DNA of 64,000 nt from Opitutales bacterium (GCA_965219535.1 CBDCNV010000001.1:2007230-2071229), one strand, 5' to 3'. Shown: positions 1 through 10,462, counted from the first letter of the stretch. The notes: generated by a model from the sequence alone, not told the origin. Translations and numbers: made by a program.

Positions 1-86
1 CTTTCATTTGAAGGAACAGTTTTTGCATCTTCCGGATCCAGCACGAGATAATCATTACCTAGTGCATGATATTTATAAAACCTCAT
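1..86 (-). CDS. dapF: diaminopimelate epimerase, N-terminal fragment (gene continues past the window start)
   Basis: A reverse-strand ATG at 86..84 opens the frame MRFYKYHALGNDYLVLDPEDAKTVPSNE, which runs off the edge. The pattern xFxKxHxxGNDaxxhD is the typical DapF N-terminus. Only 28 codons are visible, so the ORF track does not list it. Confidence 0.5.
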   Translation of the reverse strand, partial: MRFYKYHALGNDYLVLDPEDAKTVPSNE

Positions 87-253
87 AGCGGTTATTTATA
101 ATTCCAGGTTTAATGGTGTCTTCACTCTGCCTACTGCCACTAATCAATTTTAAATGCAATGGATGATTTACATCTTGTCTTACGACCTCAATTAAATACC
201 GCAGCCCTTTACATCATGAGCTATGAGCATAGGGCATCACCCTATTGCCAGTT

Positions 254-571
254 TTAATTGAAAGATTTTCCACACCCACAAGTTGTTTGTGCGTTGGGGT
301 TATGGATCTCAAAACCTTTCCCATTTAATCCGTCATCGAAATCAACACGGCACCCATCTAGATGGACCATGCTCTTGGGGTCTATGATGAACTTGATCTC
401 CTGACTTTCTTCTACAACATCATCATCCTTTATATCATCAAAAGACATGCCATATTCCAAGCCAGAACATCCACCCGTCTCCACAAACAAGCGAAGGTAT
501 TTACTGTCATCAGCAATTTCTGATCTTAATTGCTGGATGCGGGTAGCTGCATTTTCTGTCAATATAATCAT
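254..571 (-). CDS. erpA: iron-sulfur cluster insertion/carrier protein, HesB/IscA/ErpA family
   Basis: The sequence contains LRLFVETGGCSGLEYGMSF and a C-terminal NPNAQTTCGCGKSF, which supply the three canonical A-type carrier cysteines. I chose the start at the internal Met (MIILTENAATRI, 105 aa). The 44 extra N-terminal codons of the 254..703 ORF have no family counterpart. Confidence 0.85.
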   Translation of the reverse strand: MIILTENAATRIQQLRSEIADDSKYLRLFVETGGCSGLEYGMSFDDIKDDDVVEESQEIKFIIDPKSMVHLDGCRVDFDDGLNGKGFEIHNPNAQTTCGCGKSFN

Positions 572-716
572 ATAATGAAAACCAATCGACAAATGCGATT
601 TTGTCAATTCATGAAATTGTTCATCAAAATTGCCAGTTATATAATTGTGTGTTTTTATAGAGAGAGAATATTTTCGAATTGGTATGGCATTAGCCACTTG
701 CAAATAAAATCAAAGG

Positions 717-1715
717 TTGTTTTATAGTAATACCGTGTCGCGCTTAAAACATCTATTAAATGAAATAAACTATAAACTCGTTCGCCGTTTGGCAGAGGGC
801 GGTATGGGTATGGTTTATGAAGGACAACAACATGGAATAGATAAATTTTCCAAAACAGTGGCGATCAAGTTAATCCGTGAAGAGTATTCTAAGATTAAAG
901 AATTCCGCAGTAATTTTATAGGAGAAGCCAAATTAGTTGCAGATCTTATCCATACCAATATCGTTCAAACCTATCACCTGGGAGAAATTGATGGTCAGTA
1001 TTTCATCGTCATGGAATATGTAAATGGCATCAATCTTGAAGAGTTTCATTTTAAACATTTAGCATTAGGCCTTCCCGTTCCTGTGGATTTAGCAGTATTT
1101 ATTGTCTCACGGGTATGTCGGGGGCTGGCCTACGCGCACTCAAAATGTGACAAGGAAGGCCGACTTCTCAACATCGTTCACCGAGACGTCAATCCTAAGA
1201 ATATTATGCTGGCTTATGAAGGAGATGTAAAGCTGACTGATTTCGGAATCGCTAAAGCGCTTGATCTCATGTACAATGTTGAAGGCGAAGTCATTGCAGG
1301 GAAAGATGAATACCTATCTCCGGAACAGGCAAAGCGAGAGGTTACGGATGCCAGAGCCGATCTTTTTTCATGCGGGATCGTTTTAGCTGAATTATTACTC
1401 GATAAAAATATTTTTGAAGAAGATAACCCGAAGTTGACACGCCGTAATATTCTCAAAATGCAAATACCGGATTTCACTCAATTACGGCCCGAAATCGATT
1501 CCAAACTTAATGACATCCTTCACAAAACTTTCCAGCGTAATCGAGATGACAGATATCAAAGTGCCGCAGAATTACTTACCGCGTTAGAAGTTTATCTTTA
1601 TAGTGATGGATATGGGCCGACTAATGAAAAATTGGCAGATTACGTGCAAGATATTTTCGATAAAAAACAGTCTGAACCTTTGGCCCATCAATCAACGAGC
1701 CAGTCTTCTTCTTAA
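717..1715 (+). CDS. serine/threonine protein kinase (Hanks type, kinase domain only)
   Basis: It has a glycine loop and VAIK lysine (GGMGMVYEG...TVAIKLI), the catalytic loop [11 protein letters not shown], and DFGIAKAL. No TM segment or sensor domain is present. The start is TTG, as in the ORF track. Confidence 0.85.
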   Translation: MFYSNTVSRLKHLLNEINYKLVRRLAEGGMGMVYEGQQHGIDKFSKTVAIKLIREEYSKIKEFRSNFIGEAKLVADLIHTNIVQTYHLGEIDGQYFIVMEYVNGINLEEFHFKHLALGLPVPVDLAVFIVSRVCRGLAYAHSKCDKEGRLLNIVHRDVNPKNIMLAYEGDVKLTDFGIAKALDLMYNVEGEVIAGKDEYLSPEQAKREVTDARADLFSCGIVLAELLLDKNIFEEDNPKLTRRNILKMQIPDFTQLRPEIDSKLNDILHKTFQRNRDDRYQSAAELLTALEVYLYSDGYGPTNEKLADYVQDIFDKKQSEPLAHQSTSQSSS

Positions 1716-1736
1716 AAATAAACGCAGATCGTATAG

Positions 1737-3188
1737 TTGAATTTATTAATGAGTGCGCAAGGATTCCATCAAGTTCAGAAACAGACGCAAAATCTGGTCT
1801 TAGCTCCGCAATTGCGGCAGTCGCTCAAGATATTGCAGGTCCCCGCACTCGACTTGCGCAATGTTATCGTAGAAGAATTACAAAGTAATCCCGCACTTGA
1901 AGAATTGCCAATTGAAGGGATCAGTATTGAAGAGTCTAATAGCACGAGTGAAGATAGCGAGAATGATTCCTCTAAAGAGGAATTGGAATTTAGTGATGAC
2001 TTTAAAGTCTTGAATCAAATGGAGGAAGACTGGGCTGAATTATATACCCAGGATGGAGGTAGTTATTCTTCGGAAGCAGCTGATCGTCGCCAGCATCTGT
2101 TTGATTCGCTCACGAGCGAGACATCACTTCAAGAGTATCTCATCCGTCAAGCGGAGCTTTCTGACGCATCTGAAGAAATAATGAAAGCATTAGAGTATCT
2201 TGTCGGCAGCCTTGATGATCATGGCTTTCTCACCATTGCAATTCCTGAAATTGCACTCATGTCGGAACTCCCGTTAAGCACCATACAAGAGGCGCATAAG
2301 CTGCTTAAAACTCTCGATCCTCCAGGTATAGGAAGTGTCGATCTGCAAGAATGCCTTCTCATACAGCTCAAAATTCAAGGCAAAGAAGAGGGCGTTGCCG
2401 CTGATATTATAAAAAAACATTTCGAGCTCCTTTTACGCCGCCGTATTCCAGAAATTGCACGGAAAATTAATGTGAGCATTGAAATTATTGAAAATGCAAT
2501 TGAAGAAATCGCATCACTTGACCCCTCACCCGGTCGCCGGTTTAGCGATGATAATAATCGAGTCGTTGTTCCCGACGTAAAAGTTGAAAAAGTTGGTGAT
2601 TCGTGGACGGTGGTGATGAATAATGACTATATCCCCAGACTCAGACTAAGTTCAACCTACAAGGATCTTATTGCGAAAGGAAAACTGTCAGCCACCGAAA
2701 AAGTGTATATCCAGGATAAAGTTCGATCAGGGAAATTTCTGATAAGTTCAATCGAACAGAGGCAGCAGACAATAGAGCGAATAACACGAGAAATACTTAA
2801 ATTCCAAAATGATTTCTTTGAAAAAGGAGTATCTCATCTGAGGCCGCTGACGATGAGCCAGGTAGCTGATGCGGTAGGGGTTCATGAAACCACGGTTAGT
2901 CGAGCTATCGCAAATAAATACATCGATACACCCCACGGTGTTTTGCCTTTTAAATACTTTTTTACCTCCGGCTACCAGGCAGATGGTGGCGAAGCGATTT
3001 CTAATACCAGTATTAAAGAACGGATCGCGCATTTAATCCATACTGAAAACTCGTCCAAACCTTATAGTGACCAGGAAGTCGTGAAAATACTAGCTGAGCG
3101 GGATATCAAAATAGCCCGACGGACGGTGGCTAAATACCGGGAAGAATTGGGTATTCCCGCCACCAATCTTCGCCGAAGGTATTCTTAA
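1737..3188 (+). CDS. rpoN: RNA polymerase sigma-54 factor
   Basis: Region I is Q/L-rich (LVLAPQLRQSLKILQ) and is followed by an acidic linker. The C-terminus carries the HTH and RpoN box (ARRTVAKYREELGIP). An alternative ATG start lies at 1749. Confidence 0.95.
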   Translation: MNLLMSAQGFHQVQKQTQNLVLAPQLRQSLKILQVPALDLRNVIVEELQSNPALEELPIEGISIEESNSTSEDSENDSSKEELEFSDDFKVLNQMEEDWAELYTQDGGSYSSEAADRRQHLFDSLTSETSLQEYLIRQAELSDASEEIMKALEYLVGSLDDHGFLTIAIPEIALMSELPLSTIQEAHKLLKTLDPPGIGSVDLQECLLIQLKIQGKEEGVAADIIKKHFELLLRRRIPEIARKINVSIEIIENAIEEIASLDPSPGRRFSDDNNRVVVPDVKVEKVGDSWTVVMNNDYIPRLRLSSTYKDLIAKGKLSATEKVYIQDKVRSGKFLISSIEQRQQTIERITREILKFQNDFFEKGVSHLRPLTMSQVADAVGVHETTVSRAIANKYIDTPHGVLPFKYFFTSGYQADGGEAISNTSIKERIAHLIHTENSSKPYSDQEVVKILAERDIKIARRTVAKYREELGIPATNLRRRYS

Positions 3189-3203
3189 TCCCCACGTGTT
3201 TAT

Positions 3204-3725
3204 TTACGGTGAAGGATTAAGCGAATGGTGCTCTTCCAAATGAGCTATCGCTTTTTCACCAAAATAAGCTATCCTGAATGAATCGAGATGCTCACGGATT
3301 TTCGTTACATGGGTGATATCAGTCGTTTGCTTGCATTTCATCGCGTGAACAAGCATTTTATGTAAGAGGACAAGCTTATTATTATAAGCTTCTCTGTCCT
3401 CAACATTGTCGCTCGTCACGGGTTTAACTCTTTGATACATGAAATACTGGGTGACGATGTCTTGAATTTTATTAGCGTGGATCTCCTTATTATTTACCCA
3501 ACGCACTAATTGATTATAATTTCCTTCACCTTCTGATGAAAGGCTAATAATTTTTGCCATTGATTTCTCAACCGTCTGACAGTTTTCCTCAATCATATCG
3601 AACCGCATTGCGTCTCCATAGATGCCGCAAGGTATCTCGCAGTGGGCGGACGCATCGGGTGCAAACGTTCCCAAAGATAGTATCATTAATAACACTAAGA
3701 TTTTATAATTCATTAACATCTTCAT
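3204..3725 (-). CDS. sodN: nickel superoxide dismutase precursor with N-terminal signal peptide
   Basis: The Ni-hook HCEIPCGIYGD matches the HCxxPCGxY consensus. It sits immediately after MKMLMNYKILVLLMILSLGTFAPDASA, a hydrophobic core ending in AxA. The ATG at 3725 is preceded by AGGAG with a 4-nt spacer. The longer ORF to 3791 would overlap tsaB and was rejected. Confidence 0.85.
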   Translation of the reverse strand: MKMLMNYKILVLLMILSLGTFAPDASAHCEIPCGIYGDAMRFDMIEENCQTVEKSMAKIISLSSEGEGNYNQLVRWVNNKEIHANKIQDIVTQYFMYQRVKPVTSDNVEDREAYNNKLVLLHKMLVHAMKCKQTTDITHVTKIREHLDSFRIAYFGEKAIAHLEEHHSLNPSP

Positions 3726-3784
3726 ATTACTCCTAATTGAGTTATAATCTTTAACCCATAGATAAAGGAGAATTTGCAGAGAAA

Positions 3785-4471
3785 ATGTCAACTGCGATTA
3801 AGCAATCACTCTCTACTCAGAATCTGCTCTTATTGGACGCAAGCACTTCAATTGTTCAGACTGGATTTTTGCGCGATGGTAACTGGCTGGCCTTTTATGA
3901 GAATAAAAATGAATCATTAAACGCAATTTTTAAGGATACGAGTAAATGTTTAAAAGAGGCCCAATCTGATATAAATGCAATAGATGGATTTCTGATTTGT
4001 GAAGGACCGGGTTCAATTTTAGGTCTCCGGCTAGTACTTATGGCCGTTAAAACGTGGCGCTCTACCCTCTCCCCGCGACGATCGAGCGTCTATCTCTATC
4101 GAAGTCTTGAGATCGCAGCACAATTACTTTTATTACAAGATATTGAACCACCTTTACATTTCATTTCATATTCCAAAAAAGACATTTGGAATTTACTCAC
4201 CGTTGATAAAGATCGTAGTTTTCAAAACCTGGAACAGGTTAACGTCCAATCTTTAAAAAAGGTGTCTGGCCCTCTATGGTATATTCGCCAGCGTGAAAAG
4301 GAGTACCCACCTCCACTTCCGGTTAATGAATTTAAATATTCTCTCAAAACACTGCCTCTACTTCTCAGCCAACCGTCATTTTTTCACGAAGTCGATGATA
4401 TGAATGAAATTAATCCTGGTAAATCTGAATTTTTAAAGTGGCAGGTCCAACGCCATCGTAAAAGTACTTAA
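3785..4471 (+). CDS. tsaB: tRNA t6A37 biosynthesis protein TsaB (YeaZ-like, M22 family)
   Basis: The N-terminal LLLLDASTS and the [11 protein letters not shown] motif correspond to the TsaB consensus (DTST...GPGSFTGLRIG). The length of 228 aa also fits. Confidence 0.6.
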   Translation: MSTAIKQSLSTQNLLLLDASTSIVQTGFLRDGNWLAFYENKNESLNAIFKDTSKCLKEAQSDINAIDGFLICEGPGSILGLRLVLMAVKTWRSTLSPRRSSVYLYRSLEIAAQLLLLQDIEPPLHFISYSKKDIWNLLTVDKDRSFQNLEQVNVQSLKKVSGPLWYIRQREKEYPPPLPVNEFKYSLKTLPLLLSQPSFFHEVDDMNEINPGKSEFLKWQVQRHRKST

Positions 4472-4485
4472 TTGGATTTTATTGG

Positions 4486-5640
4486 ATGCCAAAATCAATT
4501 GTATTAGAACCACAGCAGCGTTGCTGGGCGGAAATTGATCTCTCGGCATTAGAGCGTAATCTAAAGCTTATACGTTCTGCACTGCCCGCACATATTCAAT
4601 ATGTCGCGGTAGTAAAAGCCGACGCTTACGGTCATGGTATGGCACAGACGGTCACCCGTCTCATGCATTGCGGTGCTGATCTTTTTGCCGTAGCTAATGT
4701 TCTCGAAGGAGCAGCAATACGGGAAATTGGCTCTGGTTGGCCAATATTAGTATTAAGTTCTATCCTTCCCGAAGAAGATAAGCAAATTACTGAATATAAT
4801 TTGATTCCAACGCTATCGACAGTGGAGGAAGCCGAACGTTTTTCCATTCTTGGAAAGCAAGTTAAACGTAAAATTTCCGTTCACCTAAAGATTGATACCG
4901 GTCTTGGGCGATTAGGTGTCTGGCACGAACATGCGCTGGATCTATATAATCTAATACGGGAAAAACCAGACTTGAGTCTTGAAGGTATTTATACTCACTT
5001 TTCCAGCGCAGATAGTGATCCTGAATTTACTCATGAACAAAGGGAACTATTTTTAAAAACGCTTGATCGATTACCGGGAATAGACCCTAAAAGGTTACTC
5101 ATTCACGCTGATAATAGCGCCGGACTGGAATCATTTAAAAGAGGCCAACCTTTTAATGCCGTCCGTGTTGGTTTGCTTCAGTTTGGCGTGCTTCCCTACC
5201 CTGACTCTTTACTTTCGAGAGTTAAAGTAGAACCCGTGTTCAGTTTCCACAGTCGCATTGGGTTAGTAAAAGACTTACCTGCAGGAACAGGTATCAGTTA
5301 TGGTCGCACTCATATTTTAACTCGTGATTCACGAATCGCCGTCATTACCGCGGGTTATGGTGACGGTGTCCCAACGACAATGAGCAACAAAGGTTCAGTG
5401 TTAATTCATGGGAAGCACTGCCCTATCCTCGGGCGCGTAACAATGGATCAAACAGTCGTCGATATAACCGGGTTAGAAGACACACAGATTGGTGACTTTG
5501 TGACTTTCATTGGAAGGCAGGGAAATGAGAACATTGATGTTACAACCTTCAGCGATTGGGCTCTATCTATTCCCTGGGAGACATTTTGCTCGATAACTAA
5601 GCGCGTCCCGAGAATTTATCATACCGATTCCGCTATCTAG
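4486..5640 (+). CDS. alr: alanine racemase
   Basis: It carries the PLP-lysine motif [10 protein letters not shown], has a full length of 384 aa, and ends with a conserved C-terminal beta domain. Confidence 0.93.
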   Translation: MPKSIVLEPQQRCWAEIDLSALERNLKLIRSALPAHIQYVAVVKADAYGHGMAQTVTRLMHCGADLFAVANVLEGAAIREIGSGWPILVLSSILPEEDKQITEYNLIPTLSTVEEAERFSILGKQVKRKISVHLKIDTGLGRLGVWHEHALDLYNLIREKPDLSLEGIYTHFSSADSDPEFTHEQRELFLKTLDRLPGIDPKRLLIHADNSAGLESFKRGQPFNAVRVGLLQFGVLPYPDSLLSRVKVEPVFSFHSRIGLVKDLPAGTGISYGRTHILTRDSRIAVITAGYGDGVPTTMSNKGSVLIHGKHCPILGRVTMDQTVVDITGLEDTQIGDFVTFIGRQGNENIDVTTFSDWALSIPWETFCSITKRVPRIYHTDSAI

Positions 5641-5681
5641 GATCGCCATATTTCAACTACAAAGAGCCTGTACCCTTCCTT

Positions 5682-6293
5682 TTAATTCTCGATGCTTGAT
5701 TGTAGCCAAGACACAAGTTCATTCAATGCTCTTGCCCGGTGACTGATTTTGGATTTTTTTGATTCACCTAGTAATCCAAAAGTCTGGGAATACCCTGCTG
5801 GGATGAATACAGGGTCATAGCCAAATCCATTTTCCCCCTCAGGTTTACTCGCGATAAATCCCTCACAGATTCCTTCAAAGGTTTTTTCTAATCCATCGGG
5901 ACCTAATAACACAAGGACACAGACAAAACGACCCGATCTATCGATTCCTTCAACACCTTTAATTTTCCTCAGTAATTTACTTATATTTTCAGTATCATTT
6001 ACATCAGCACCTGCGTAACGAGATGAATATACTCCAGGTTTACCCTGGATAGCATCTACCATTAATCCACTGTCATCCGCTAAAATCCAGGTGTTTTTCG
6101 CGATCATCTCTTTCAAAGCATAGGCTTTAAGTTTAGCATTACCGGTAAAAGTATCAGCTGTTTCCTCAACAACGGGCATATCACCGGTATCCATGGCCGA
6201 CGCTACGCTGATTTTTAAATCTGATGCTTTGATAATGCCCGATAATTCTTTAATTTTGTTGGCATTTCGTGTCGCCAGGTAAATTGTCATCAT
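5682..6293 (-). CDS. rdgB: non-canonical purine NTP pyrophosphatase (RdgB/HAM1)
   Basis: Motifs ATRNANKIKE, SSRYAG, FGYDPVF and SHRARA are present. The gene overlaps the ribD stop by 4 nt. Confidence 0.9.
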   Translation of the reverse strand: MMTIYLATRNANKIKELSGIIKASDLKISVASAMDTGDMPVVEETADTFTGNAKLKAYALKEMIAKNTWILADDSGLMVDAIQGKPGVYSSRYAGADVNDTENISKLLRKIKGVEGIDRSGRFVCVLVLLGPDGLEKTFEGICEGFIASKPEGENGFGYDPVFIPAGYSQTFGLLGESKKSKISHRARALNELVSWLQSSIEN

Positions 6294-7420
6294 GAGCTAT
6301 CTCTATTCGGATACTCAACATATCCACGCATAAGTTCATCATCACCTAATGTTGCGTGGTGGACCTCTCGCAGAGTGATTGCATCTTTTATCATTTCAGG
6401 ATTATGCCCAGCGAATGGTGAAAGTGCTTCAGGATCAGCTAAAAGCTTAGGCGCGCGATAAGAAAATAAGTAATTCAGCTCTCTGGAATTAATTAATGAG
6501 CTGATTGTTTTTGCACCTCCTTCAAAAAACACCCCGATCAGCCCTTCTTCTACACACTTTTGACGAAACGCGCTCCATTCAATACCCTCTTTATTGGTGG
6601 CGACTTTCCACAATGCTATTTCTGGGTCGAGCAATTTTCTTTTTTTTTCAATATCTATATTATTGCTGACGACAATCACCGTTCGCGCTTTATCTTCATC
6701 GTCATATACGTTTGCCAAATTTTTATTCACGGTACGCATTTGAGGGTCTAGAATTATTCGGATTGGACACCATTTCTTCCCATTTTCCATTCTACTCGTC
6801 AGGATCGGATTATCGGATATAACAGTATTGGCTCCAACTGCTATCGCTGGAAAAAGGCGCCTCCAGCTCATCACATCATTTCTAGCTTGAGGACCGGTAA
6901 TCCACTTGGAATCTCCCTTTCGTGTAGCCACCCGACCATCTATCGTGGTTGCTACTTTACCTGCAATTAAAGGAGATCTGCATTTGATCCAAAAATTATA
7001 AAGAATATTCAAATCTTCGCACTCCTTGCCTAATATTCCTTCCATAACCGTAATCCCGGCTTTTCGAAGCCTATCCAGTCCTCTACCTGCGTGTTGTGGA
7101 TTGGGATCAACCGCTCCCACAACAACACGCTTAATTCCGGATTGAATGATCGCGTCAACACAGGGCGGTGTGCGACCATGGGTCGAACAGGGCTCAAGTG
7201 TCACATACAGGGTAGCCTCCGATGAGAGATCCCCATCCAATTGCTTTAATGCGTTAATTTCAGCATGGGCATCACCCGCTTTGAGATGATAGCCCTCGCC
7301 TCTCACCACACCTTGATCGAGTATCACTGCACCCACCATGGGATTAGGATGAGTTTTCCCCCATCCTTTGTATGCAATTTGCAATGCCCGCTCCATGTGG
7401 AGTTTAGCGTCTGGTTCCAT
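6290..7420 (-). CDS. ribD: bifunctional riboflavin biosynthesis deaminase/reductase
   Basis: The CMP/dCMP deaminase zinc motifs HAEINAL and LEPCSTHGRTPPC are followed by a RibD_C reductase domain. Confidence 0.93.
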   Translation of the reverse strand: MEPDAKLHMERALQIAYKGWGKTHPNPMVGAVILDQGVVRGEGYHLKAGDAHAEINALKQLDGDLSSEATLYVTLEPCSTHGRTPPCVDAIIQSGIKRVVVGAVDPNPQHAGRGLDRLRKAGITVMEGILGKECEDLNILYNFWIKCRSPLIAGKVATTIDGRVATRKGDSKWITGPQARNDVMSWRRLFPAIAVGANTVISDNPILTSRMENGKKWCPIRIILDPQMRTVNKNLANVYDDEDKARTVIVVSNNIDIEKKRKLLDPEIALWKVATNKEGIEWSAFRQKCVEEGLIGVFFEGGAKTISSLINSRELNYLFSYRAPKLLADPEALSPFAGHNPEMIKDAITLREVHHATLGDDELMRGYVEYPNRDSS

Positions 7421-7517
7421 CTTAAATGAGAGCTCGGTATATATCCCGAATCATGGGTGGGAAACCGATAAGAGCAAATTTAAATCCTAGCCTAAATCTT
7501 TAACTGCTGGACGGGAA

Positions 7518-8921
7518 TTAATTAACCGTTGTCTCAACAACGATAATAAATATCTCCACGCCATCTTCATTCACAAACGTTGAAGTGATGCTTTGCGTTG
7601 GCAGTGCTGTCTCATCCGATTTGAAATTGTTCTGTGAAATCAAAGTAGAAAATCCGGGCGCCGTCGTCGCGCCAGGTGAGACAATGACCGAGGCCCCATT
7701 ATTTTGCTGTAAATCACCTCCCGTAATTCTCATTCCTTGATTAGCTCCTCCAATGGTAAAAGACCCGTCGCCGATAATAAGGGTTGGATTTGCACTGCCC
7801 GAAGCATCGATGTCGCCTACCGTCGTGCGTATCCCAACGGGGACACCACGAGCATCAATACCAATTTTTCCGCTCAATCCCGCAAATACAGTATTTGCAC
7901 AATTGATCGCTCCCATCGCTATTGAGTTGATAACTTCTAATAGTGATGCATTCGCTTGAGCATCATACACTTCACCTGCGGGGAAAAGTGCCTGGTTTAC
8001 CGCGTTGATTGTGCCAACGCTAAAAAAACTGAAAAATGTGTCCGTATCTGCATTTTCAATTACAAAACTGGGCCGCCCTTTAATGTATTCTACATTTTGA
8101 TTATATTTCAAAGGCAATGCCGGACCACTGAAGGTTGCAGGATCCAGGTTAATCGTAAGCAACCCGCTACCTGAAAACTCCGCCTGAACGATATCATCAT
8201 TTTCATCAATAAACGATACCCGGGTAATTTTATTTAGACCGGCGCGGACAGTAACACTTTGGCCGGTGAGAAGTACCTGATCAAAAATGTTACCATTAGG
8301 GTGTTGAATATTGGTTTCTACAGTATCACCTGATCCATCAATAACTACCCCGACTGAACCCTCCCCGGTCAAAGGGGTAAAGCCAAAATCATCGATTGCC
8401 GTTAAACTTTCAGTAGCATTGAAAACAGGGATGGGATCATCTAGGAGATGAATTTTTCCAATACCATCAGGAGCAAGTAGACTAAGGGCATTAAATGTAA
8501 TAAATTGGGGATTATCCTCGGGCAAGAGCCTCTGAGGCAGGTCCGATACGGAAATGAGTAGGTTGTTATTGGTATCATAAACCTCGATTGTACCATCGCC
8601 CCCAATTAGGTTTGCCGCATAAAACTCCACGATGAGCGCTGGAGTTTCAAAAGTTATAATCCCAGTTTCACCATTGAGTATGGACCATGTATGTGTAGGT
8701 GAATGGGCAAGTTGAGTGGCTAATATTCCAGCACCGGCAACGCCATCCGTAAAAAGGGCAGTAAATGGCGGTGTCCCAATTGAGAAAAACTGACTCGATT
8801 CTTCAGGGATATTTTCAAAGTCAGTGTATACCTCTTGATCTTCTGGTGCCGCAGTCAAGCAAACGGCCGATCCAATCAATAGCGTGGAGATAAATAGATA
8901 GATTCTAAGCGAGGATATCAT
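7518..8921 (-). CDS. secreted hypothetical protein (signal peptide, G/T/S/N-rich, probably beta-rich)
   Basis: It is a 467-aa ORF with the N-terminal signal peptide MISSLRIYLFISTLLIGSAVCLTAAPEDQ. I recognise no family motif. Confidence 0.7.
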   Translation of the reverse strand: MISSLRIYLFISTLLIGSAVCLTAAPEDQEVYTDFENIPEESSQFFSIGTPPFTALFTDGVAGAGILATQLAHSPTHTWSILNGETGIITFETPALIVEFYAANLIGGDGTIEVYDTNNNLLISVSDLPQRLLPEDNPQFITFNALSLLAPDGIGKIHLLDDPIPVFNATESLTAIDDFGFTPLTGEGSVGVVIDGSGDTVETNIQHPNGNIFDQVLLTGQSVTVRAGLNKITRVSFIDENDDIVQAEFSGSGLLTINLDPATFSGPALPLKYNQNVEYIKGRPSFVIENADTDTFFSFFSVGTINAVNQALFPAGEVYDAQANASLLEVINSIAMGAINCANTVFAGLSGKIGIDARGVPVGIRTTVGDIDASGSANPTLIIGDGSFTIGGANQGMRITGGDLQQNNGASVIVSPGATTAPGFSTLISQNNFKSDETALPTQSITSTFVNEDGVEIFIIVVETTVN

Positions 8922-9338
8922 AATAGTTACTTTAAGCTCATTTATCTGCTTAAGTTGAAAGTGTATTAGGGTATTTTGAAGTTTGGGAAATTATCTTTTC
9001 CTGTCATCAGATACAAGAGTTTTTATCGATTGATGAGCATTCTCTTAGAATATCTAAAGATATTGACCCATAATAGCTTACATATAAATCAGAGTTCTAA
9101 ATCTCAACAATTGGCATTCTGATTGAGTACAAGTTCCTTATCTATACCAAATGTTTATATTAATCATCACATCGACTGGGATTAAAACAATTCTGATCCA
9201 TATTTGTTCCCACCTCTTTAAAAATAGAATCATTAGTTGGCACCCGTCTTTAGAATTACGCACTTCATTTGTTTTTATTGCTATCGTTTAAAATTTAATT
9301 TTAAACCTGAAGCGATAGACCTATAAAACTTACCTAAT

Positions 9339-10406
9339 ATGAGTAAAAGTTATAAAATTGCCGTAATTCCTGGTGATGGCACGGGACCAGAAGTCACACG
9401 TGAAGCGACAAAAGTACTGAATGTTGCGGCTGACAAATATGGATTTAAACTGGAACTGGAGGAATATGATTTCGGCGGAGACCGCTTCCTGCGCAGCGGT
9501 GAAGTAATACCGGAAAGCGCGACCGAAGAGATGCGCAAATTCAACTCTATCCTCCTGGGAGCAATCGGACACCCTGATGTAAAACCAGGTATTCTCGAAA
9601 AGGGCATCCTCTTGCATTTAAGGTTTGAATTAGATCAATACATAAACTTACGCCCCGTTATACTTTATCCAGGGGTAGACACACCGCTGAAGGATAAGGG
9701 ACCTGAAGACATTGATTATGTGGTTGTACGTGAAAACAGCGGTGACCTTTATACCGGGACGGGGGGAATTTCTATGAAGGGGACCCCCAATGAAGTCGCG
9801 GTACAGAGTGCAGTTTACAATCGTTTCCAAGTCGATCGATGTCTTAGGTACGCTTTTCAATATGCGCGCAAAAGAAATAAAAATAAGACCCTCGCACTCT
9901 GCGGTAAGACCAATGTCCTTACCTATATTTATGACCTTTGGGAACGTGCATTTGAAGAGATGGGAGAAAATGAATTTTCTGACATTAAGCGTGAGTACTA
10001 TCACGTGGACGCTACCTGCATGTGGATGGTTAAAAACCCCGAGTGGTTTGACGTCATCGTAACCGGTAATATGTTTGGTGATATAATCACTGACCTGGGG
10101 GCAATTACTCAAGGTGGTATGGGTATAGCCGCGGGAGGTAATATCAATCCCAATGGAGTAAGTATGTTCGAACCTATAGGTGGATCGGCTCCGAAATATA
10201 CAGGGAAAAATGTCATCAACCCACTGGCTGCGGTCTGTGCTTCTATGATGATGCTTGAGACTCTGGGTGAAGGTGAGGCTGCAAAGACAATTGAAAATGC
10301 GGTCAAAGAGGTTACTGGAACAAAACTTAAGGGACTTGGGGCAGGTAGCATGGGCTATAGCACAAGTGAAGTGGGTGATATCATTGCAGAATTAGTTGCA
10401 GGTTGA
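9339..10406 (+). CDS. leuB: 3-isopropylmalate dehydrogenase (short, actinobacterial-type LeuB)
   Basis: Motifs [45 protein letters not shown] and [10 protein letters not shown] are present. From memory, the protein aligns along its full length with the M. tuberculosis-type LeuB. A tartrate or D-malate dehydrogenase assignment cannot be fully excluded. Confidence 0.8.
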   Translation: MSKSYKIAVIPGDGTGPEVTREATKVLNVAADKYGFKLELEEYDFGGDRFLRSGEVIPESATEEMRKFNSILLGAIGHPDVKPGILEKGILLHLRFELDQYINLRPVILYPGVDTPLKDKGPEDIDYVVVRENSGDLYTGTGGISMKGTPNEVAVQSAVYNRFQVDRCLRYAFQYARKRNKNKTLALCGKTNVLTYIYDLWERAFEEMGENEFSDIKREYYHVDATCMWMVKNPEWFDVIVTGNMFGDIITDLGAITQGGMGIAAGGNINPNGVSMFEPIGGSAPKYTGKNVINPLAAVCASMMMLETLGEGEAAKTIENAVKEVTGTKLKGLGAGSMGYSTSEVGDIIAELVAG

Positions 10407-10462
10407 GCTTACATTCCCTTTCCCCTGCAAACTTAAATCGGCAAGTTTAGGAAAAAGTCTTA

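Noticed and set aside
254-703. The ORF track gives N-terminally extended versions of several genes: erpA to 703, sodN to 3791, pyrC from 39440, sdhA from 54206, thiL from 41809 and oppA to 29850.
   Set aside because: The extensions overlap neighbouring genes or add residues with no counterpart in the families. In each case an internal ATG gives a canonical N-terminus, signal peptide, RBS or stop-start overlap.
9238-9253. A sigma-54-like promoter, TTGGCAC-CCGTC-TTTAG, lies upstream of leuB. A TGGCAC at about 53270 was also examined.
   Set aside because: The -24 TGGCAC element is good, but the -12 element is TTTA rather than TTGC, so the GC dinucleotide is missing. The 53270 site has no -12 element at all. 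A single hexamer match in 64 kb is expected by chance.
9648-10112. A 154-aa minus-strand ORF lies inside leuB. Similar antisense or alternate-frame ORFs occur at 23224..23634, 38537..38881, 35080..35475, 20894..21247 and 53659..54009.
   Set aside because: All are fully embedded in genes with strong family signatures, and none has motifs, an RBS or a sensible start context. I treat them as shadow ORFs.
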